64,000 bases of DNA from an uncultured Candidatus Actinomarina sp. (GTDB taxonomy: Bacteria; Actinomycetota; Acidimicrobiia; Actinomarinales; Actinomarinaceae): NCBI GenBank assembly GCA_902634185.1, contig CACPJC010000003.1:96001-160000 (forward strand). Reading direction: 5' to 3'. The translations under genes and the position numbers were made by a program. The notes under the pieces are model-generated. The model made no database searches, was not told where the DNA came from, and was given only the letters and a program-made list of their open reading frames with translations. Shown here piece after piece: positions 57,623-64,000 of the stretch. Numbering within the stretch: position 1 is the first letter of the stretch; the number at the start of each line of letters is the position of its first letter.

Positions 57623-60600
57623 AGAAATTAAGAGTATTTTGATAATTGGTTCGGGACCAATTGTTATAGGTCAAGCTTGCGAGTTTGATTATTCAGGATC
57701 TCAAGCAGCTAAAGCACTTAAAAAAGAAGGATTTCGTGTAATTCTAGTTAATTCAAATCCAGCAACTATTATGACAGATCCAGAAATGGCACATGCCACA
57801 TACATCGAGCCTTTAACTCACGACTACCTAAAAAAAATAATCGAAATAGAAAAGCCTGATGCTGTTTTACCAACATTAGGAGGACAAACTGCACTTAACT
57901 TATCGATTGAATTAGAAAAAAGTGGTGTTTTAAAAGAAAATAATGTGGAACTTCTTGGAGCCTCGGCCAATGCTATTGAGATTGCAGAAAACAGATGGAA
58001 ATTTAAAGAAGCTATGGATGGAGTTGGTATTAAAACACTTAAGGCAACTTATGCTAAATCTTTTGATGAGGGAATAAGCGCTAGTAAAGAAATTGGTTTT
58101 CCATTAATGCTAAGACCATCATTTATTCTTGGTGGTGGTGGAACAAGTGTAGTGAATAATGAAGAAGACTTTAAATCAAAATTATCTGACGCGTTTAATG
58201 CTTCTCCTACTCAGGAAGTCTTAATTGAAGAATCAATATATGGATGGAAAGAATTCGAACTTGAAGTAATGAGAGATAGTGATGGTAATGGTGTAATTGT
58301 TTGCGGAATAGAAAATTTTGATCCCATGGGTGTCCATACTGGAGACTCAATAACAGTTGCTCCTATTCAAACATTATCTGATAAAGAATATCAAACTATG
58401 AGGGATGAGGCACTACTTTGTTTGGACACTATTGGAATAGCAACTGGTGGTAGCAATGTTCAATTTGCTATAAACCCTGAAAATGGAGATAGAAGAATAA
58501 TTGAGATGAATCCTAGGGTCTCAAGGTCGTCTGCTCTAGCTTCAAAAGCAACTGGATTTCCTATTGCCAAGTTTGCTGCCCTGTTGGCAGTAGGTTACAA
58601 CTTAACTGAACTTGAAAATGACATAACTGGAACAACACCGGCTAGTTTTGAACCCGTCCAAGATTATGTTGTGGTTAAAATTCCTAGATTTGATTTTCCA
58701 AAATTTCCATCAACAGATGACATATTAGGCACATCAATGCAGAGTGTGGGTGAAGTTATGTCAATAGCTTCTACTTTTACAGAAAGCTTAACTAAAGCCA
58801 TTAGGTCACTCGAAATTGGTAAATCAGGAATAAGAAATATAGACAATAGGTTTATAGGAATGCCAAAAGAAATTCTACAAGATGAAATCAGAACACCTAG
58901 ACCTAGAAGAATATTTGCGATCCTTGAAGCGATTAGAAGAAACTGGCCACTTGAAGACATAGCAAAAATATCCTCTGTAGATATATGGTTTTTACAAGAA
59001 ATTGAAAAAAGTTTTAATGTTAACCCTGAAAATACTCCATCCTCTGTTCTGAAAATGCTTGGATGGACGGAAGAAGATCTTGATAATAAAGAGTCTAAAA
59101 ATGAATTAGAAAATAATAGAGTTTATAAGTTAGTTGATACATGTTCTGCAGAGTTCGAGTCCAAAACGCCTTACTTATATTCAACAAATGGTGTAAGTAA
59201 CGACGATACAACAACTGACAAGAAGAAGGTTGTAGTTATTGGATCGGGTCCAAATAGAATTGGCCAAGGAATTGAGTTTGATTATTGCTGTGTTCATGGA
59301 ATCAGTTCATTAAAAGAAAATGGATTTGAAGCAATAATGATAAACTCAAATCCGGAAACGGTTTCTACAGACTACGATACTGCAGATAAACTATATTTTG
59401 AGCCTCTTACATGGAGAGAAGTAAAATCTGTACTAAATAGAGAAAAGCCTGATTCGGTAATAATTCAACTTGGAGGTCAAACTCCATTAAAACTTGCAAA
59501 AAATATATCCAAAGAAGGTTTTAATATTGCTGGATCATCATTAGATGTAATTGACAAAACAGAAGATAGAGATCTATTTCAAAAACTATGTTTAGATCAG
59601 AATATTCGACAACCAGAGTCTAAAATCGCAAAAAATGAGAATGAGTTAGTTGAAGCTGTAAAAGAAATAGGTTTTCCAGTCTTGTTACGGCCAAGTTATG
59701 TATTAGGTGGAAGAGCCATGAGAGTTGTTCAAAGTGATGAAGAACTTGAAAATTATTTGGATATATTAGCGAGTGCAGATGAAGATGGTAATCCATTTAA
59801 ATCTGGTCCCCTTTTGGTTGATCAGTTTTTAACGGACACTATTGAAATTGATGTTGACTTAATTTCTGATGGAAAAGAAGTTTATATTGCAGGAATTTTA
59901 GAACATCTTGAGCCTGCTGGAGTACATAGTGGTGATTCTACAGCGGTCATTCCACCTTATAGTGTTAATGAGGAAATGTTGAAAGAGGTAGAGGAAAAAA
60001 GTAAAAAGCTTGCTTTAGGTCTGAATGTAAAGGGACTTCTAAATATACAATTTGCCATTAAAGATGAAGAATTATTTATATTAGAGGCGAATCCTAGAGC
60101 ATCAAGAACGATGCCATTTGTTGCAAAAGTAACCGGCAATCAAATTATTAAAGCTGGAACATTATTAATGCTTGGTTATTCAATTGATGAAGTTAGAAAT
60201 AAGACTAAATACTTGAGTAGTTCATCAAATAAAGTTGCAATTAAAAAGGCTATATTTCCATGGTCTAGATTTCCAGCTGAAGACACTATGTTAGGACCGG
60301 AAATGAAAGCAACTGGTGAAGTATTAGGAGTTGGAAAAGAGTTTGGTACTGCATTAAATAAAGCATATGCAGCTGCAGGTGTAGAAATTAATAATAAAGA
60401 GAAAGGGATATTTGTAACTTTAAGTGACAGCGAAAAGCCAAATTTTATTCAGACAGTCAATAAATATCTTGAACTTGGCTTCACACTTTACTCAACTGAA
60501 GGAACAGGAAAATTTCTTGAAACTAATGGTATTGATTCAGTAATAGTTGGTAAAGCTGATGACTTAGGACAAACTTCGTTAACAATAATTGAAAATAAAT

Positions 60601-60791
60601 TAGTTTCTTTAGTAATCAATACACCAACATATGCAAATGAATTGTCAGATGGTTGGAAAATTAGACGTTTATCACATGAAACTGGAGTGGCGGTTGTTTC
60701 GTCTGTAAGAGAAGCTGATGCATTTATTGAAGCTTTTTTAAATCAGAACTTAGTGTTAGATGATCTGGAGGTCATACAAGATGTCAGTTAA
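57609..60791 (+). CDS. carB: Carbamoyl-phosphate synthase large subunit
   Basis: [51 protein letters not shown] motifs and a C-terminal MGS domain. Confidence 0.98.
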   Translation: MAKNKEIKSILIIGSGPIVIGQACEFDYSGSQAAKALKKEGFRVILVNSNPATIMTDPEMAHATYIEPLTHDYLKKIIEIEKPDAVLPTLGGQTALNLSIELEKSGVLKENNVELLGASANAIEIAENRWKFKEAMDGVGIKTLKATYAKSFDEGISASKEIGFPLMLRPSFILGGGGTSVVNNEEDFKSKLSDAFNASPTQEVLIEESIYGWKEFELEVMRDSDGNGVIVCGIENFDPMGVHTGDSITVAPIQTLSDKEYQTMRDEALLCLDTIGIATGGSNVQFAINPENGDRRIIEMNPRVSRSSALASKATGFPIAKFAALLAVGYNLTELENDITGTTPASFEPVQDYVVVKIPRFDFPKFPSTDDILGTSMQSVGEVMSIASTFTESLTKAIRSLEIGKSGIRNIDNRFIGMPKEILQDEIRTPRPRRIFAILEAIRRNWPLEDIAKISSVDIWFLQEIEKSFNVNPENTPSSVLKMLGWTEEDLDNKESKNELENNRVYKLVDTCSAEFESKTPYLYSTNGVSNDDTTTDKKKVVVIGSGPNRIGQGIEFDYCCVHGISSLKENGFEAIMINSNPETVSTDYDTADKLYFEPLTWREVKSVLNREKPDSVIIQLGGQTPLKLAKNISKEGFNIAGSSLDVIDKTEDRDLFQKLCLDQNIRQPESKIAKNENELVEAVKEIGFPVLLRPSYVLGGRAMRVVQSDEELENYLDILASADEDGNPFKSGPLLVDQFLTDTIEIDVDLISDGKEVYIAGILEHLEPAGVHSGDSTAVIPPYSVNEEMLKEVEEKSKKLALGLNVKGLLNIQFAIKDEELFILEANPRASRTMPFVAKVTGNQIIKAGTLLMLGYSIDEVRNKTKYLSSSSNKVAIKKAIFPWSRFPAEDTMLGPEMKATGEVLGVGKEFGTALNKAYAAAGVEINNKEKGIFVTLSDSEKPNFIQTVNKYLELGFTLYSTEGTGKFLETNGIDSVIVGKADDLGQTSLTIIENKLVSLVINTPTYANELSDGWKIRRLSHETGVAVVSSVREADAFIEAFLNQNLVLDDLEVIQDVS

Positions 60792-61419
60792 ACCAATTTT
60801 CTTTGCACTGGATGGTAAATCCCTAAAAGAATTTAAAGAACAATTAGATATCTTAAAGGATCATATTTATGGGGTAAAAGTTGGATTAGAACTTTTTACT
60901 TCTGAAGGCCCTTCATGTGTTGAACAACTTAAGAATGATGGGTGGGTTGTTTTTTTAGATTTAAAACTACATGACATCCCAAACACTGTAGGTGAAGCGG
61001 CTGCTTCAGTTTCAAATATTGGAGCAGACTATTTAACTTTACATATATCATCTGGGAAAGAAGCATTATCAGAAGCTGTGGATAAAAAAAGTAAAGATTT
61101 AAATCTTCTTGGAGTCAGTAGTGCTTTAACAAGTAAATCAGTTGATTCAAATACAAGCAAGATTGTTAAAGATGAGTTTCAAATAGCTAAAGACTCAAAT
61201 TTAGAAGGCGTTATTTGTCCAGCATCTGAAATTGCTAATACAGCAAATTTATTTGATCTAATTGTTACACCAGGCATTAGATTAGAAAATGATTTACATG
61301 GAGATCAAAAAAACATAACTACTCCTAAAAAGGCTATCGAGCTTGGAGCAAAATATATTGTTATGGGACGATCAATTAAAAATAATCCTGAAATGGTAAT
61401 AAATGAATTAGAAGTATGA
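60781..61419 (+). CDS. pyrF: Orotidine 5'-phosphate decarboxylase
   Basis: [25 protein letters not shown] and MGRSI motifs. Confidence 0.94.
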   Translation: MSVKPIFFALDGKSLKEFKEQLDILKDHIYGVKVGLELFTSEGPSCVEQLKNDGWVVFLDLKLHDIPNTVGEAAASVSNIGADYLTLHISSGKEALSEAVDKKSKDLNLLGVSSALTSKSVDSNTSKIVKDEFQIAKDSNLEGVICPASEIANTANLFDLIVTPGIRLENDLHGDQKNITTPKKAIELGAKYIVMGRSIKNNPEMVINELEV

Positions 61420-62093
61420 ATAAATTTATTGCAGCACCTTTTGGAAACTACATAAAGACTAAAAATACTATTTCCGTATCTGGTAGTTGGACTGTTGAAA
61501 AAAGAACAGGTCGAATTGTTCAAATAGTTAAAACTTTACGATATACAAAACGTGGATGGGTTAACAAAATTGGTTTAAGAAATCCTGGTTTAACAATTGG
61601 GCTTCCTAAACATAAGACTGGTGAAGTCTTTTCAATTGCAGGAATAGAAAAAGATGACTGGAGATTATTTGCGGAGAGAATACCAAATGATTTCAATATT
61701 GAAGTCAATATGTCATGTCCAAATATAGACGCACATTACATTGACGGAATTGAAGATTTTGAGCCAGATACAAGAAACTGGTACATAGGAAAAATTTCGC
61801 CACTTACTACTTTTCAGGAATTGGATGAGTACATCAACAAATTTAGATTCAAACAGATTCATGCATGCAATACATTACCAATAGATAAAGGAGGACTAAG
61901 TGGTAAAGAGTTAATCCCATATACTTCAAAGTTTGTTAAACACATTAAAGATTCTTATCCTGATATTGAAGTTATTGCAGGTGGAGGTATTGATTCTCTA
62001 AAAGATATAGAGTACTACAAAAATATTGGTGCCGATCATATTAGTTTGGGTACTGTTTGTTTCAATCCACTAAAATTAAGGAAGTTAATATGA
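61416..62093 (+). CDS. pyrD: Minimal, divergent dihydroorotate dehydrogenase
   Basis: NKIGLRNPG, EVNMSCPN (catalytic Cys), CNT, GGLSG and IAGGGI motifs; only 225 aa; located in the pyr operon. Confidence 0.75.
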   Translation: MNKFIAAPFGNYIKTKNTISVSGSWTVEKRTGRIVQIVKTLRYTKRGWVNKIGLRNPGLTIGLPKHKTGEVFSIAGIEKDDWRLFAERIPNDFNIEVNMSCPNIDAHYIDGIEDFEPDTRNWYIGKISPLTTFQELDEYINKFRFKQIHACNTLPIDKGGLSGKELIPYTSKFVKHIKDSYPDIEVIAGGGIDSLKDIEYYKNIGADHISLGTVCFNPLKLRKLI

Positions 62094-62446
62094 ATTTATT
62101 TATTAAAGAAGATTTCATCTCTCATGCTGGCTTACCACTTACATGGAAAGTGGAATGTGATGCACTAGATGAAAATGACTACGAAGCATTAGCAAAAATA
62201 GTTAGTGAGAAAATGACTTTTAGAAATGTCAAAGGTATTCCACGTGGCGGCATACCGTTTGAAAAAGCATTAAAACCTTACTGTTCAAATAATGATACAG
62301 ATCCACTACTAATTTGTGATGATGTTTATACAACTGGTACTTCTATGAGAGAAGTCTATGAAGACGGAGCATTAGGTATTGTTGTATTCGCTAGAAATGA
62401 AATTCAAGATGACTGGGTTAAAGCTATTTGGCAGTTATCAATATAA
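62090..62446 (+). CDS. pyrE: Minimal orotate phosphoribosyltransferase-like protein
   Basis: FISHAG..LTWKVECD, GIPRGG and LICDDVYTTGTS PRPP motif; ATGA overlap with the pyrD stop. Confidence 0.65.
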   Translation: MNLFIKEDFISHAGLPLTWKVECDALDENDYEALAKIVSEKMTFRNVKGIPRGGIPFEKALKPYCSNNDTDPLLICDDVYTTGTSMREVYEDGALGIVVFARNEIQDDWVKAIWQLSI

Positions 62447-62448
62447 AG

Positions 62449-63309
62449 ATGATAGAAAATAAGTATGCCTCAGCTTTAGATGGTCTTGAAATAGAAGATC
62501 CAGTAAAAAGCTTTTTTGATTTCTGTAAAGAACGAGAAAAGATAAGAATTTCACGAGAAAATGGTGAAGATTTTCCATGGAGTGCAGATGAAATTTTTCA
62601 AAATGGAAGGTTCTTGAATGTCTTTAGAGAAGATGATCGAGTTAGTAAATCAATTATTAATTTTGCGGATAATTTAAATGAAGAGCCATCAAAACTTATT
62701 AACGCTGTATTTTTTGCAAGGTGGTGCAATAGGCAAGAAGTTTTAGATACTTTAACGCCCGATGATTTAAATAATCCTGAAAACTTAAAAAATAAATTAG
62801 AAAGTATTGATCCATGGTGTAATGAAACTGCATATCCGGTTGAACCAGTTACATGGAAAGGTAAACAATACTCAAGAATTGATGCTGCAACTAAATTATT
62901 TTACGAGATACAAGGTTCTTTATTAAACATTCTTAAATCATCAAACAAAAGTGTAATTACTGCAACCAACAACATAAATAAAGAATTTCAGATGCAAAAT
63001 GATTTTCCAATTTTCATGGCAGTGATTGATATTGCTTGGTTTAGACCCGATATTATTCCAATTGAAAGTGAGGTTCCTACAGGAATAGGTGCTGTTGCTT
63101 ATCTGGATAGATTACAAAATCATCTTGGTTTAAGTTCCCACCAAGAAGTTGGTGAAAAAATGATTGAACTTCAAAAAACATACTGGCCTGAAGCAAAACG
63201 TGGTTTTAATCCAATAGATATAGAATATTTAGCTTGTGAATGTAGAAAATACTATAGCTATATAAATGGGACAAAGGTTTTTGAAGGTAAAAACAAATTT
63301 ATACCTTAA
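62449..63309 (+). CDS. aGPT-Pplase1 / amino acid:DNA transferase (5-hmdU DNA kinase helical domain) family homolog
   Basis: FCKERE.IR..R..G..FPWS.DEIF..GRFLNVFREDDRVS at the N-terminus, TGIGA..YL in the middle, and DIEYLACECRKY at the C-terminus. Confidence 0.7.
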   Translation: MIENKYASALDGLEIEDPVKSFFDFCKEREKIRISRENGEDFPWSADEIFQNGRFLNVFREDDRVSKSIINFADNLNEEPSKLINAVFFARWCNRQEVLDTLTPDDLNNPENLKNKLESIDPWCNETAYPVEPVTWKGKQYSRIDAATKLFYEIQGSLLNILKSSNKSVITATNNINKEFQMQNDFPIFMAVIDIAWFRPDIIPIESEVPTGIGAVAYLDRLQNHLGLSSHQEVGEKMIELQKTYWPEAKRGFNPIDIEYLACECRKYYSYINGTKVFEGKNKFIP

Positions 63310-63741
63310 TTAGCTAAGTTTATTAATTCTATTTATGTATCTTTCCTCATTTAAAAAAGAGGAATTTAAAAATGACTCAGTTATTTCTTTTGCAGCCTCA
63401 ATATCAAGATTTTCCGAACCGAGACATAGAACATTTACATCATTATGCTCAACAGATTGAATAGCGGTTTTTACATTAGTGACATTAGAAGCTCTTATAC
63501 CTTTTACTTTATTTGCTGCAATAGACATGCCAACACCTGTCCCACAGATTAAAACTCCCTTTGTGTCTTCATTATCCAAAACGAATTCGGATACTTTCGT
63601 TGCATAATCTGGAAAATCACAAGGTTCCAAACTATCAGTTCCTAAGTCCTCAATTTCAAGATCAGAAGATAAAGATTCTATTAATAATTGTTTTAATTCA
63701 AAACCTGCATGATCAGAGGCAATAGCGATTTTATTAATCAC
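63310..63741 (-). CDS. rpiB: Ribose-5-phosphate isomerase B
   Basis: IASDHAGFELK, DFPD, ICGTGVGMSIAANKVKGIRA and HNDVNVLCLG motifs. Confidence 0.95.
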   Translation of the reverse strand: MINKIAIASDHAGFELKQLLIESLSSDLEIEDLGTDSLEPCDFPDYATKVSEFVLDNEDTKGVLICGTGVGMSIAANKVKGIRASNVTNVKTAIQSVEHNDVNVLCLGSENLDIEAAKEITESFLNSSFLNEERYINRINKLS

Positions 63742-64000
63742 TAGATAAGCTTCTCAATATCCAAAAGATCATCAATATCACCCTCTGACATTAATTCCTT
63801 GCTAAGCAATACATCTTTAATTGTTAATCCACTTTCCATAGCTTCTTTAGCTACTTCAGCAGCAACATCATACCCAAGCTTTGGTACAAGTGCTGTAACT
63901 AGGATTGAGTTTTTTTGAGTATCTTCATTTAGCTTTTCAGTGTTTGCTTCTAAGTCTTTAATTAGTTTTTCCCCAAACACACTCACTCCAGTAGTGAGTA
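63741..64000 (-). CDS. fumC: C-terminal part of class II fumarase / aspartate ammonia-lyase (5' end off the window)
   Basis: LVTALVPKLGYDVAAEVAKEA..SGLTIKD motif. Confidence 0.75.
   Translation of the reverse strand, partial: LTTGVSVFGEKLIKDLEANTEKLNEDTQKNSILVTALVPKLGYDVAAEVAKEAMESGLTIKDVLLSKELMSEGDIDDLLDIEKLI

Noticed and set aside
1679-61708. Numerous antisense or alternate-frame ORFs in the track (e.g. 1679..1981, 14103..14435, 34878..35327, 43050..43619, 47980..48423, 56707..57075)
   Set aside because: They lie within well-supported genes, lack recognisable motifs, and have the Ser/Phe/Ile-rich composition typical of shadow ORFs.
61416-63309. Intact prophage
   Set aside because: No structural, integrase, terminase or replication genes. 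The genes are coupled to the host pyr operon and bounded by rpiB.

Overview
Gene-dense, strongly AT-rich bacterial chromosome segment with very short or overlapping intergenic spaces. The gene content (F420 cofD/cofE, PPOX-class F420 enzyme, mycoredoxin-like CGDC protein, DUF3152, smpB-envC-ftsX-ftsE-prfB-secA order) points to a streamlined low-GC actinobacterium, plausibly a marine 'Ca. Actinomarina'-like lineage (inference). It is mostly housekeeping: tmRNA/SmpB, cell division, SecA, sugar-nucleotide and glycosylation genes, methylcitrate genes, PBP1A, a 2-oxoacid dehydrogenase/lipoate operon, Suf, a nucleoside ABC transporter and the pyr operon. Standout observations: (1) a hidden AhpD/CMD-family selenoprotein candidate (C-E-Y-UGA) with a SECIS-like hairpin, split into two ORFs by the ORF track; (2) the pyr operon ends in minimal, divergent pyrD and pyrE genes followed by a homolog of the phage thymine-hypermodification amino acid:DNA transferase family (aGPT-Pplase1); (3) a canonical prfB +1 frameshift; (4) an unannotated 28-aa leaderless membrane microprotein and a structured leader upstream of lpd; (5) a ~130-aa insertion in PBP1A; (6) a LipB-LipA fusion; (7) widespread leaderless promoter architecture. 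No CRISPR array, rRNA, tRNA, integrase or transposase was seen. Family calls come from motif recognition only; no searches were run.
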